Below are positions 1-9,583 of a DNA stretch of 64,000 nucleotides, piece by piece. The DNA is from Gammaproteobacteria bacterium (GTDB lineage: Bacteria > Pseudomonadota > Gammaproteobacteria > Steroidobacterales > JABDKV01): NCBI GenBank assembly GCA_013003425.1, contig JABDJB010000017.1:2794-66793 (forward strand), read 5' to 3'. The translations under genes were made by a program, and so were the position numbers. Every line of letters begins with the position of its first letter. The first letter of the stretch is position 1. The notes beneath the pieces were generated by a model. The model was not told the origin of the DNA. It worked only from the letters and a program-made list of their open reading frames with translations, and ran no database searches.

Positions 1-958
1 CGCCATGATGATCGTTGCGGCCGATCTTCTGACCCACACGGGCCATGATTGCCGAGTTTATTCCCAGCGGAATCATGAACGCAGTCGATGCATAGTTAAT
101 TGCCACCTGGTGCGCACCGGCAGTCGCGCTGCCCATGCGCCCCATCAGCAGTGCCGCCGCGCTGAACAGGCCGACCTCTGCCAGCACGCCGATACCAATC
201 GGCAGCCCCAGCCGCACCAGCTCATTCAATCGTGCAAAGTCGGGCCACTCAAAGCGCTCGAACAGCCGCAGGGGCGCGTACAGCGCGCGGTTACCGCGAG
301 TCATGTACCACAACATGATCAGCAGCATGACCCACTGCGTCAGCGCGGTAGCGTAACCGCAGCCGACCGCGCCCATAGCGGGAAAACCAAACTTGCCGAA
401 CATGAATACCCAGTCGCCGAATGCATTCAGCATCAGCCCCAGGATTGCCACCAGCGCAATCGGCCGGGTATGGCCGATGCCCTCGCTGGTAAAGCGCAGG
501 GCCAGGTACGCGTAAATGGCCGGCAGCCCCCATGCCACTGCCTTGACGTAGTCACGTGCCAGCGGGCGGAACTCTTCCGCGATGCCGATCGCACTCATGA
601 GCGCGCCGGCCTTCATCAATAAAGCGATGCCAGCCAGCGCCAGCGCCTGGCTCAGCCACAGGCTCTGGCGCAGGTAACTGCCGACCTGTGCGCTGCGACC
701 ACTGCCAAGCGACTGGGCGGTCATCGGGCTCATCGCCATCAGGATGCCCAGCCCGAACAGAAACACGACAAACCAGGTGGCGTTACCCACGCCGACAGCA
801 GCCAGGTCGCGGGCGCTGATATTGCCGGCAAACACAGTGTCGACAAAAGACATCCCGGCCAGCGCCAGGTTGTTGGCAATGATCGGCGAAGCCAGCAGCA
901 GCAGGTCGACGACCTCGGTGCGGATACGCTGCGGGCGGGTTTGGCCGGAGTCGTTCAT
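1..958 (-). CDS. MATE family efflux transporter (N-terminal ~319 codons; 3' end lies beyond window start)
   Basis: Not in the ORF track because there is no stop in the window. Manual reverse translation from the ATG at 958-956 gives MNDSGQTRPQRIRTEVVDLLLLASPIIANNLALAGMSFVDTVFAGNISARDLAAVGVGN... and a continuous multi-TM frame to position 1, a typical MATE/NorM N-terminus. The listed + ORF 5..622 is its antisense shadow. Confidence 0.8.
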   Translation of the reverse strand, partial: MNDSGQTRPQRIRTEVVDLLLLASPIIANNLALAGMSFVDTVFAGNISARDLAAVGVGNATWFVVFLFGLGILMAMSPMTAQSLGSGRSAQVGSYLRQSLWLSQALALAGIALLMKAGALMSAIGIAEEFRPLARDYVKAVAWGLPAIYAYLALRFTSEGIGHTRPIALVAILGLMLNAFGDWVFMFGKFGFPAMGAVGCGYATALTQWVMLLIMLWYMTRGNRALYAPLRLFERFEWPDFARLNELVRLGLPIGIGVLAEVGLFSAAALLMGRMGSATAGAHQVAINYASTAFMIPLGINSAIMARVGQKIGRNDHHG

Positions 959-1018
959 AATGAGCCGAGCAAGTTAGCATAAGCCGACTCGCCCGTGACT
1001 CCGGAGATCAGAAACGAT

Positions 1019-2296
1019 ATGAACACGCCCAGACGCATCGCCATCATTGGCGCCAATCGCATCCCTTTTTGCCGCGCGCACACCGCTTACGCCAAGCTGT
1101 CCAACCAGGACATGATGACCGCTGCAATGCAGGGGCTGGTGGATCGCTACGGGCTGAAGGGCGAAAAACTCGGCGACGTGTCGCTCGGTGCAGTCATCAA
1201 GCACACCGCACAATGGAACCTGGCGAGGGAGTCAACGCTAGGCTCGGGGCTTGCTGCCGAAACACCGGCTTTCGATATCCAGCGGGCCTGCGGCACCAGC
1301 CTGGAGTCGGCCGTTCTCATCGGCAACAAGATTGCCATGGGCCAGATCGACGCCGGTATCGCCGGCGGCGTAGATACGATCAGTGACGCACCAATTGTCT
1401 ATCCGGATGATTACCGTTCGCTGTTGATGAAAAGTTACCGTGCGCGCAGCACCGTCGACCGGTTGAAACCGTTCCTCGGCGTACGGCCGCGGCATTTCAA
1501 ACCGGTTACACCGGGCGTGACCGAACCAAGAACTGGTTTGTCGATGGGTGAGAGTTGCGAATTGATGGCAAAAGAATGGAACATCAGCCGTGAAGCACAG
1601 GACCAGCTCGCGTTGTCCAGCCACAAGAATCTCGCCCGCGCGTATGAGGCCGGTTTCTACGATGGCCTGGTCACACCGTTCATGGGCATCGAGCAGGACA
1701 ACAACCTGCGTCGTGACACGTCAATGGAGCGGCTGGCAAAACTGAAGCCCGTGTTCGATCGCAGTGAAAGCGGTACGCTGACCGCGGGCAACAGTACGCC
1801 GCTGACGGATGGCGCCGGCTGCGTGCTTATGGCGTCAGAAGACTGGGCGCGCGAGCGCGGGCTCGAAGTCCAGGCATATATGACCTACGCCAGGGTAGCC
1901 GCGGTGGATTTCGTCGGCGGCGAAGGATTGTTGATGGCGCCAGCCTATGCGGTATCGGAAATGCTGAAAGACGCCAACCTGTCGCTGCAGGATTTTGACC
2001 TCTATGAAATCCACGAAGCTTTTGCGGCGCAGGTGCTGTGCACGCTGGCAGCCTGGGAATCGTCTGAATTCTGTCGTGATCGCCTCGGCCGGCCCGAGGC
2101 ACTGGGCAACATCGATCGCGACAAGATGAATGTCTATGGCGGCAGTGTCGCGTCGGGGCATCCTTTTGGCGCCACTGGATCGCGGCTGATCGGCATCCTC
2201 GCAAAAGCGCTGCATGGCACCGCTGCGCGGCGCGGCCTTATCTCCGTTTGCACCGGCGGCGGCATGGGTGTAACGGCGATACTCGAAGCTGCCTGA
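1019..2296 (+). CDS. thiolase family acetyl-CoA C-acyl/acetyltransferase
   Basis: ORF 995..2296. Active-site Cys context IQRACGTSLESA and C-terminal CTGGGMGVTAILE are thiolase hallmarks. Start placed at ATG 1019 (MNTPRRIAIIGANRIPF); GTG 995 is also possible. Confidence 0.85.
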   Translation: MNTPRRIAIIGANRIPFCRAHTAYAKLSNQDMMTAAMQGLVDRYGLKGEKLGDVSLGAVIKHTAQWNLARESTLGSGLAAETPAFDIQRACGTSLESAVLIGNKIAMGQIDAGIAGGVDTISDAPIVYPDDYRSLLMKSYRARSTVDRLKPFLGVRPRHFKPVTPGVTEPRTGLSMGESCELMAKEWNISREAQDQLALSSHKNLARAYEAGFYDGLVTPFMGIEQDNNLRRDTSMERLAKLKPVFDRSESGTLTAGNSTPLTDGAGCVLMASEDWARERGLEVQAYMTYARVAAVDFVGGEGLLMAPAYAVSEMLKDANLSLQDFDLYEIHEAFAAQVLCTLAAWESSEFCRDRLGRPEALGNIDRDKMNVYGGSVASGHPFGATGSRLIGILAKALHGTAARRGLISVCTGGGMGVTAILEAA

Positions 2297-2401
2297 CCGG
2301 CTGATTAACTCCTGCTGCAGTGCGGCGCCGCTTGCACGGCGTACGCACCGGCTGACATTATTGCCCGACGGCAGCAGAACCAGTCCGCAAGGGGGAATAC
2401 A

Positions 2402-4129
2402 GTGGAACAATTCAACGCCATCCTGGCCGCAATCGGCTCAGTGCTGTGGCACGAGTACGTGCTGTATTTGCTGCTGCTTACCGGTGTCGTGCTCACCTTC
2501 TGGAGCGGTTTCTGCCAGTACCGCGCCCTGACCCACGGCACAAAGGTATTGCGCGGCGTCTACGACGACCCCGACGATCCCGGCGCCATCAACCACTTTC
2601 AGGCGCTGTCTGCTGCACTCTCTGCCACCGTGGGCCTCGGCAATATTGGTGGTGTCGCACTGGCAATTGCGCTGGGCGGGCCCGGCGCCGTGTTCTGGAT
2701 GTGGGTCGTCGGTTTCTTCGGCATGTCGATCAAGCTTACCGAAGTTACGCTGTCGATGATCTACCGCAACACCGACGACCCGGATAATCCTCATGGCGGG
2801 CCGATGTGGGTCGTCGACAAAGGGTTAAAAAGACTCAAGCCGGAACTGGCCGGTCTCGGCCGCGCGCTCGGTGTCATTTTCTGCTGCACGCTGCTGGTAT
2901 CAACGGTTACCGGCGGCAATATGTTCCAGGCCTGGAACGTCGCCGGTCTGACAGAAACCTATTTCGGTGTTCCCGGTGTTGCGACAGGCATTTTCCTCGC
3001 GGCTATCGTCGCGATGGTAATCATCGGCGGTATCAAGCGCATCGGTGCAGTAGCCGGTCGGCTGGTGCCGCTGATGGTCGGTATGTACCTGACCGCCGGC
3101 ATTTACGTACTCATACTTCATGCAGGCGCAATTCCGGAGACGCTTGCCTTGATAGTTCGCTCCGCTTTTTCCTCAACCGAGGCGACCGGGGCTTTCCTCG
3201 GTGGAACCGCGGGTTATGCGTTCCTGTTCGGTATGAAGCGCGCGCTGTTCTCCAATGAAGCGGGCCAGGGATCCTCGCCCATCGCGCATTCCGCGGCCAA
3301 GACTGATGAACCAGTCCGCGAAGCGGTGGTTGCCGGCCTCGAGCCTTTCATCGACACGCTGGTTGTCTGCACGTTCACCGCTTTGATCATCCTGGTAACC
3401 GGGGTATGGAATCGCGGCGCAGAAGGGCAGTTCATCACGCCCCCGGCCATCGTGCCGGTCGAAGCCGGCCAATGGAGCATCGAAGAAACCGAACTGCCGA
3501 AGCGCAGCGTTGGTGAGTGGATCGAAGGCGAAGATATTTTCATGCTGATACAGGGCGATGACAATGCCAACACCGGTAACAACCTGCACCGCATAAACGG
3601 CACCGTGCTCGCCGGAGCAGACGGCAGCATGATCGCCAGCTGGCGTGATCATGCAAGCACCACGCGACCAAGGCTGCACGAAAACGGGGTTTATGCCGAC
3701 TATGTCGGGGCGCCGTTGACGGCGCGCGCGTTTGACAGCGTGGTTGATGGCCTGGGCAAGTGGCTGGTCACCATTGCCGCCTGGTTGTTCGCGATCTCGA
3801 CGATGATTTCGTGGAGTTACTATGGCGAACAGGGCATCGTTTACCTGTTTGGCGAAAGAGCGGTGCTTGCCTACAAAGTTGTCTTCTGCATGCTGATAGT
3901 TGTTGCAACGCTGGGTATCGTTACGACTTCAGAAGAGCTCGATAACCTGTCGAGCCTTGGTACCGGTGTGATGCTGGTGGTCAACGTCCCGATCCTGTGG
4001 ATATTCGGCTACCAGGCGATGCGTGCCTACAAGCACTACATCCACCGGCTCAAGAACGACCAGCTCGGGCCCGAGCATGAAGCGCCCAGCATTGAAGACA
4101 TCATCACCGGCCGCGATCTGAAGAAGTAG
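2402..4129 (+). CDS. alanine/glycine:cation symporter (AGCS) family transporter
   Basis: 575 aa. FQALSAALSATVGLGNIGGVALAIALGGPGAVFWMW and ALFSNEAGQGSSPIAHSAAKT are AGCS signatures. Carries a ~100-aa hydrophilic insertion (WNRGAEGQF...ARAFDSV) between TM segments. Confidence 0.85.
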   Translation: MEQFNAILAAIGSVLWHEYVLYLLLLTGVVLTFWSGFCQYRALTHGTKVLRGVYDDPDDPGAINHFQALSAALSATVGLGNIGGVALAIALGGPGAVFWMWVVGFFGMSIKLTEVTLSMIYRNTDDPDNPHGGPMWVVDKGLKRLKPELAGLGRALGVIFCCTLLVSTVTGGNMFQAWNVAGLTETYFGVPGVATGIFLAAIVAMVIIGGIKRIGAVAGRLVPLMVGMYLTAGIYVLILHAGAIPETLALIVRSAFSSTEATGAFLGGTAGYAFLFGMKRALFSNEAGQGSSPIAHSAAKTDEPVREAVVAGLEPFIDTLVVCTFTALIILVTGVWNRGAEGQFITPPAIVPVEAGQWSIEETELPKRSVGEWIEGEDIFMLIQGDDNANTGNNLHRINGTVLAGADGSMIASWRDHASTTRPRLHENGVYADYVGAPLTARAFDSVVDGLGKWLVTIAAWLFAISTMISWSYYGEQGIVYLFGERAVLAYKVVFCMLIVVATLGIVTTSEELDNLSSLGTGVMLVVNVPILWIFGYQAMRAYKHYIHRLKNDQLGPEHEAPSIEDIITGRDLKK

Positions 4130-4148
4130 AAACATCCGGGCGGCTGTA

Positions 4149-4170
4149 TTCGCGGCTGAAGCTGCTCCGA
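4149..4170. repeat. degenerate REP copy (TTCGCGGCTGAAGCTGCTCCGA)
   Basis: Matches the window-wide REP TTCGCGGCTGAAGCCGCTCCTAC with 3 mismatches. Sits 20 nt after the AGCS stop codon. Confidence 0.5.
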
Positions 4171-4243
4171 TAAGCGGCGGTGTCCACGCATTCGTGCGCC
4201 ATTTGCAGGTAACCCGTTGTTTTTGATACCACGACAGGGTTCC

Positions 4244-4284
4244 TTGACTTTAGTATTACAACATACATACTGGTCGGTATGTTG
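4244..4284 (+). promoter_or_regulatory. putative sigma70 promoter (TTGACT-N16-CATACT) overlapped by a TetR-type operator palindrome
   Basis: TTGACT at 4244-4249 and CATACT at 4266-4271. Perfect 8-bp inverted repeat CAACATAC (4259-4266) / GTATGTTG (4277-4284) with a 10-nt spacer, 64 nt upstream of the TetR gene start. Confidence 0.45.
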
Positions 4285-4347
4285 GCGCAGCCGCTCTGCC
4301 GCCAACGGTATTCACCGGGCCTGTTTCAGGCCGATACATCGTGAGCA

Positions 4348-4971
4348 ATGAGCCGGCACACAATGAACGAGACTGCACGTAACCCCGACCAGACCCGCGA
4401 AAGCATCCTGCTCGCTGCCTTCGAAGAGATCTACCAGCAGGGTTTTCGCAAGGCCAGTATCGACAACATCCTGCGACGCACCGGGATGACCAAGGGTGCG
4501 CTGTATCACCACTTCCCCAACAAGATGGCGCTTGGCTACGCCGTGGTCGACGAGATCATAGTGCCGCACGGGCAAAGTCGCTGGCAGCGGCTGCAACAGG
4601 AAGACCTCAATCCCATCGACACGTTGCTGGAAATTGGTGAAGAGTCAGCGTTTCCCATCGAGCGCGATGTTTCGCTCGGCTGCCCGATCAACAACCTTGC
4701 GCAGGAAATGTCCGGTCTGGACGAAGGCTTTCGCCAGCGACTGAACGGCTTCCTGGATCGCTGGCGTAACGTCATTGAAAACGCATTGCGCCGTGGCCAG
4801 CGTAATGGCCAGGTACGAACGGATATCAAGCCGCACGAAGTAGCGGCCTTCATGGTTGCAGCGTTCGAAGGCGCTTACGGGCTGGCGAAATGCGCCGGCT
4901 GCCAGGATGTACTCGATACCTGCCTCGACGGGCTCAACTCATACGTTAATTCATTACGGGCTGCTTCATGA
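4348..4971 (+). CDS. TetR/AcrR family transcriptional regulator
   Basis: N-terminal HTH FRKASIDNILRRTGMTKGALYHHFPNKMAL is the TetR signature. The stop overlaps the start of the next gene (ATGA at 4968-4971). Confidence 0.9.
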   Translation: MSRHTMNETARNPDQTRESILLAAFEEIYQQGFRKASIDNILRRTGMTKGALYHHFPNKMALGYAVVDEIIVPHGQSRWQRLQQEDLNPIDTLLEIGEESAFPIERDVSLGCPINNLAQEMSGLDEGFRQRLNGFLDRWRNVIENALRRGQRNGQVRTDIKPHEVAAFMVAAFEGAYGLAKCAGCQDVLDTCLDGLNSYVNSLRAAS

Positions 4972-7337
4972 CCGCAAACTGGACCCGATCCGATCACGCC
5001 GTCGTCGCTTATGCTCAAGGTTTGCTGCGCTGGCGCTGGCCGGTAATCATCGCAATGCTGATGCTGGTTGCCGCCGCCGGTTATGGCACGCAGCACCTCA
5101 GTTTCAACAACAACTATCGCGTGTTTTTCAGCGAAGATAACCCGCAGCGTCAGGCTTTCGACCGCATCCAGGATACTTACACCCGTAACGACACGCTGTT
5201 CATTACGGTGGCGCCGGACAATGAAAACGTTTTCGATCGAGAAACACTGACAGCAGTCGCCGAACTGACAGACGCCGGCTGGCAGCTACCGTTTGCGCTG
5301 CGCGTTGACTCGATTACAAACTTTCAGCACACGCGCGCCGAACTTGACGACCTGATTGTCGCTGACCTGTTCGCCGACCCCGCGGGTATGAGCGATGCCG
5401 AGATCGCGGCTGCGCGTGAAGTTGCGCTGGCCGAGCCGGTGCTGCGCGATCGGCTGGTGGCGCCGGACGGCCGTACTACGGCGGTTTTTGTCAGCTTTCA
5501 GCTGCCCGACCCGGAGGAAGACGCCGCACAGGCGCAGGCTGCCGTAACTGAACTGGCCAGTCTCGCGCGTGGCCTTATTAGCGACTACGAGGCGAAATAC
5601 CCGGGTATAGACCTGCGTATGACCGGCTCGGTGGCGATGAACAACGCCTTTTTTGAGGCTGCAATCAATGACCTGAGAACGCTCGTGCCACTGATGTACC
5701 TCGGCATCATCATTGCGATGCTGCTGCTGGTGCGCTGTATCAGCTCGACCCTTGCCACGGTAATTGTCATTGCCGTCTCTATCGTCACGGGCATGGGGCT
5801 GGCCGGCTGGCTGGGCATCAAGCTCACCAGCCCGTCCGCATCGGCACCTACCGTCATCATGACGCTGGCGGTTGCCGACGCGATTCACGTTATCGTCTCC
5901 ATGTTCAACGCCATGCGACGCGGCATGAACAAGCAGCAGGCAATTGTCGAGTCGCTGCGTATCAACATGCAGCCGGTTTTCCTCACCAGCGCGACGACTG
6001 CGATCGGCTTTCTCACCATGAATTTCAGCGATGTGCCACCGTTTCGCGACCTTGGCAATATCGCCGCAATGGGCGTCATGGCGGCCTTCGTGTTTTCAGT
6101 AGTGCTGCTGCCACCGATGCTGTCGCTACTGCCCTGCCGCAAGACTCCGGCCGAGCACGCCACCACGGTGTGGATCGATCGCTTCGCCGACTTTGTGGTT
6201 GAGCGCAGTAACGCGCTACTGGTAGTAATGGCGCTCGCAAGCCTGACAGTGCTGGCATTTATTCCTGCTAACGAGCTCGACGATGAGTTCGTCAAGTATT
6301 TCGGTGAAGAAATCGAGTTCCGCCGTGATACCGATTTCACCCTGGAAAACCTCACCGGCATCAGCCAGGTGCACTACTCGCTCGCCACCGGGGAGAGCAA
6401 TGGCGTGAGTGACCCGCAGTTCCTGCTCAAGCTCGATGGATTTGCCGACTGGTACCGCGCACAGCCCGGCGTCGTGCATGTCAACACGCTCAGCGACACG
6501 TTCAGGCGCCTCAACCGCGTGCTCCACGGTGACGACCCGGCCTGGTACCGGCTGCCGGATAATCGTGAGCTGGCCGCGCAGTACCTGCTACTGTACGAGC
6601 TGTCGCTGCCATTCGGGCTGGACCTCAACAACCAGCTCAATATCGACAAGTCGGCGACGCAGTTTATAGCCACGACGGAAAACCTCAGTTCAGTCAAGCT
6701 GCGCGCACTGATCGCCGACAGCGAACAATGGTTCGCCGACAATGCGCCTGAGCTGGCCACGACCGGCATCGGCATCTCGGTGATGTTTGCCCATATTTCA
6801 GAGCGCAATATCCGCAGCATGCTCGGCGGCGCGATACTGGGCCTGGTGCTGATCTCGGGCCTGCTGCTCATCGCATTGCGCAGCGTGCGGATCGGGCTGC
6901 TGAGCCTGCTGCCAAACCTGCTGCCGATCGGGCTGGCATTTGGAGCGTGGGGAATATTTGTCGGCCAGGTAAACGTCGCGGCGTCGGTGGTGTCGGGCAT
7001 GATCCTGGGCATTATTGTCGACGACACCGTGCATTTTCTGTCCAAGTACCTGCGCGCGCGCCGCGAACGCAATCTCGACCCGTCCGGCGCGGTACGTTAT
7101 GCCTTCCATACCGTGGGCCTGGCGCTGACCGTAACCACGCTTATCCTGATTGCCGGCTTTGGTGTGCTCAGCCTGTCCGAATTCGTGATCAACGGCACCA
7201 TGGGTGCGCTGACCGCAATCGGTATCGGTATTGCGCTGATTGTCGACTTCCTGCTATTGCCGCCGCTGTTGATCAAGCTCGACCGGCGTCGCACTCCCAA
7301 ATCAGAAAGCTCAGAGGAACCTGTTTATGCTTCGTAA
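4968..7337 (+). CDS. RND superfamily transporter, HAE3/MMPL-like (two 6-TM bundles, no MFP partner)
   Basis: 789 aa with an N-terminal TM, a large soluble loop and two hydrophobic bundles. RND-type motif ILGIIVDDTVHFLSKY. Translationally coupled to TetR upstream and overlaps the LolA-like gene downstream. Confidence 0.8.
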   Translation: MTANWTRSDHAVVAYAQGLLRWRWPVIIAMLMLVAAAGYGTQHLSFNNNYRVFFSEDNPQRQAFDRIQDTYTRNDTLFITVAPDNENVFDRETLTAVAELTDAGWQLPFALRVDSITNFQHTRAELDDLIVADLFADPAGMSDAEIAAAREVALAEPVLRDRLVAPDGRTTAVFVSFQLPDPEEDAAQAQAAVTELASLARGLISDYEAKYPGIDLRMTGSVAMNNAFFEAAINDLRTLVPLMYLGIIIAMLLLVRCISSTLATVIVIAVSIVTGMGLAGWLGIKLTSPSASAPTVIMTLAVADAIHVIVSMFNAMRRGMNKQQAIVESLRINMQPVFLTSATTAIGFLTMNFSDVPPFRDLGNIAAMGVMAAFVFSVVLLPPMLSLLPCRKTPAEHATTVWIDRFADFVVERSNALLVVMALASLTVLAFIPANELDDEFVKYFGEEIEFRRDTDFTLENLTGISQVHYSLATGESNGVSDPQFLLKLDGFADWYRAQPGVVHVNTLSDTFRRLNRVLHGDDPAWYRLPDNRELAAQYLLLYELSLPFGLDLNNQLNIDKSATQFIATTENLSSVKLRALIADSEQWFADNAPELATTGIGISVMFAHISERNIRSMLGGAILGLVLISGLLLIALRSVRIGLLSLLPNLLPIGLAFGAWGIFVGQVNVAASVVSGMILGIIVDDTVHFLSKYLRARRERNLDPSGAVRYAFHTVGLALTVTTLILIAGFGVLSLSEFVINGTMGALTAIGIGIALIVDFLLLPPLLIKLDRRRTPKSESSEEPVYAS

Positions 7338-8130
7338 TTCTGTCCTGTTGTCTGTCCTGTTGTCTGTCCTGACGGTCATGCTGGCCGCAGGTGGTGCCGC
7401 GGCTGCCGAAGAGGCGGTCGACAAAGGGCTCGCCATTGCCATCGAGGCGGATCAGCGCGATATAGGCTTCGGCGATGCCAGCGCCACGCTGCAAATGATC
7501 CTGCGTAACCGTCACGGTGACCAGACTACGCGGCAAATGCGCAGTCGCTCGCTGGAAGTGGCCGACGACGGCGACAAGAGCCTGATGATTTTCGACGACC
7601 CGGCTGACGTCAAAGGCACTGCATTTCTGAGTTTTTCGCACAAGACTGGTGATGACGACCAGTGGCTGTACCTGCCGGCGCTCAAACGCGTAAAGCGGAT
7701 TTCTTCCAGTAACAAGTCGGGCCCGTTCATGGGCAGCGAGTTTTCCTATGAAGACCTGTCGTCGCAGGAAGTGGAGAAGTACACCTACCGATACCTGCGT
7801 GATGAGGCTTTTGATGGCCGCGATCACTTTGTGCTCGAACGGGTGCCGGTCGATAAAAAATCCGGCTATCGGCGCCAGGTCGTGTGGATGGATAAAGACG
7901 CATACCGGGTCTGGAAGGTCGAGTTTTATGACCGCAAGGATGCCCTGCTGAAAACACTCGTATTCAGCGGTTACCAGCAGTACCTCGACAGGCACTGGCG
8001 AGCCGGACGGATGGACATGGAAAACCATCAGACCGGCAAAAGCACAACACTGCTCTTCGAAGACTACGTTTTCGGCAATGGCCTTACTGATGCCGATTTC
8101 AATCGCAACAGCCTTGCGAAAGCTCGCTAA
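7327..8130 (+). CDS. outer-membrane lipoprotein-sorting (LolA-like fold) periplasmic protein
   Basis: Signal peptide MLRNSVLLSVLLSVLTVMLAAGGAAAA. The motif DDQWLYLPALKRVKRISSSNKSGPFMGSEFSYEDL is typical of the LolA-like family that usually follows HAE3/MMPL RND genes (recalled from memory). Confidence 0.7.
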   Translation: MLRNSVLLSVLLSVLTVMLAAGGAAAAEEAVDKGLAIAIEADQRDIGFGDASATLQMILRNRHGDQTTRQMRSRSLEVADDGDKSLMIFDDPADVKGTAFLSFSHKTGDDDQWLYLPALKRVKRISSSNKSGPFMGSEFSYEDLSSQEVEKYTYRYLRDEAFDGRDHFVLERVPVDKKSGYRRQVVWMDKDAYRVWKVEFYDRKDALLKTLVFSGYQQYLDRHWRAGRMDMENHQTGKSTTLLFEDYVFGNGLTDADFNRNSLAKAR

Positions 8131-8142
8131 GAATCGGCAGCT

Positions 8143-9348
8143 GTGCTTTTCCGAATCAGGCTGCTATCCGTGTTTCGACTGCTTGGCGCGGCTGTGTTTG
8201 TCATTTCCGCCAACCCGGTCGCGGCTGGCGACTGGGGCGGTGATGCCGGCGTGGAGCTGCGCGCTTTTACCAGTAACGCGACGGACCCGGCACAGCACGA
8301 CAACAATGCATCGGTTTACCTGCAGCCGGAGTATTACCATGACTGGGACGATGGCGATCAGCGCTTTGTAATAACGCCGTTCGTGCGCATCGACCAGGGT
8401 GATCCGGAACGCTCGCACTTTGACCTGCGCGAGCTGTACTGGCGCAAGAGTTTTGCCAGCGCAGAATTATCGGTCGGCCTGAAGAAAGTTTTCTGGGGCG
8501 TTACCGAGTCGGCCCACACTATCGATGTCATCAACCAGACTGACGCGGTGGAAAACGTCGATACCGAAGACAAACTGGGCCAGCCGATGGTCAATGTCAC
8601 CCTGCTGCGCGAGTGGGGCACGCTCGATATCTATGTCATGCCGTGGTTTCGCGAACGCACTTATCCCGGTCGCGAAGGCCGGCTGCGGCCGCCGCTTTAT
8701 GTCGATGAGAGTGGCGCACGCTATGAGTCTTCCGCTGCCGAGAAACACATCGACGTAGCGTTGCGCTGGAGTCACTACTTTGGTGACTGGGACATTGGCA
8801 TCGCCCATTTCTCCGGCACCAGCCGTGAGCCGCGGCTGATGTTCTTTGCACCGGGCCCGCTACCGGTATTTGTTCCTTTTTACGACCTGATTGAGCAAAC
8901 CAGCATTGATCTGCAGGCCACCAAGGGCAGCTGGCTGTGGAAGCTGGAGGCCTTCAATCGCAGCGGCCAGGGTCAATCCTTCCAGGCGCTGGCGGGTGGC
9001 TTTGAGTACACCCTCGTTGGCCTGTTCAACACATCGGTCGATATCGGCCTGATTGCCGAGTACCTGCACGACAACCGCGCCGGCCAGGCTACGCTGGGCG
9101 ATGACGATATAGCGGTCGGCTTCCGCGTTGCCTTCAACGATGTGCAGAGTACCGAGCTGCTGGCCTTCAGTGGCATCGACCGCAAAACGAATGAGAGGTT
9201 TTCGTCGGTCGAAGGCAGCAGACGCATCGGCCAGAGCTGGAAGCTGGAACTCGAAGCGCGCTTTTTCAGCAACACCCGGCCTGACAGCACCCTTTACACC
9301 CTGCGTGATGAAGATTATCTGCAGCTGTCGCTGGCGAAGTTTTTTTAA
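8143..9348 (+). CDS. putative outer-membrane beta-barrel protein (uncharacterized family)
   Basis: GTG start and signal peptide (...VISANPVAA/GD). Alternating amphipathic strand pattern, aromatic-rich, with the C-terminal ...LQLSLAKFF (terminal Phe) typical of OMP barrels. Confidence 0.6.
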   Translation: MLFRIRLLSVFRLLGAAVFVISANPVAAGDWGGDAGVELRAFTSNATDPAQHDNNASVYLQPEYYHDWDDGDQRFVITPFVRIDQGDPERSHFDLRELYWRKSFASAELSVGLKKVFWGVTESAHTIDVINQTDAVENVDTEDKLGQPMVNVTLLREWGTLDIYVMPWFRERTYPGREGRLRPPLYVDESGARYESSAAEKHIDVALRWSHYFGDWDIGIAHFSGTSREPRLMFFAPGPLPVFVPFYDLIEQTSIDLQATKGSWLWKLEAFNRSGQGQSFQALAGGFEYTLVGLFNTSVDIGLIAEYLHDNRAGQATLGDDDIAVGFRVAFNDVQSTELLAFSGIDRKTNERFSSVEGSRRIGQSWKLELEARFFSNTRPDSTLYTLRDEDYLQLSLAKFF

Positions 9349-9583
9349 ACAGCTGGGGCAAAAAAACACATTTACAGTTATAGCGTGTAAATTTTCGTTT
9401 CGGCTGTAGGCACCGCCCTACAGCAGTGCATAAGTTACTTGTACAACGAGCAGTTACGGTCGCGTTTAGTAATGCCGGGAATTTGCTTGACGATTTGCAA
9501 TCATCTAGTCTCATGCATGTGCTGGCATAACTACTCTTAAAGAAGCGCGTCACAGACTCGCAGGCACCAGCACGCGGAGGTCT

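Noticed and set aside
5-622. 205-aa + strand ORF at the window start
   Set aside because: It is the antisense shadow of a clear MATE transporter frame on the minus strand (1-958). Its translation is Arg/His/Gln-rich with no recognisable fold.
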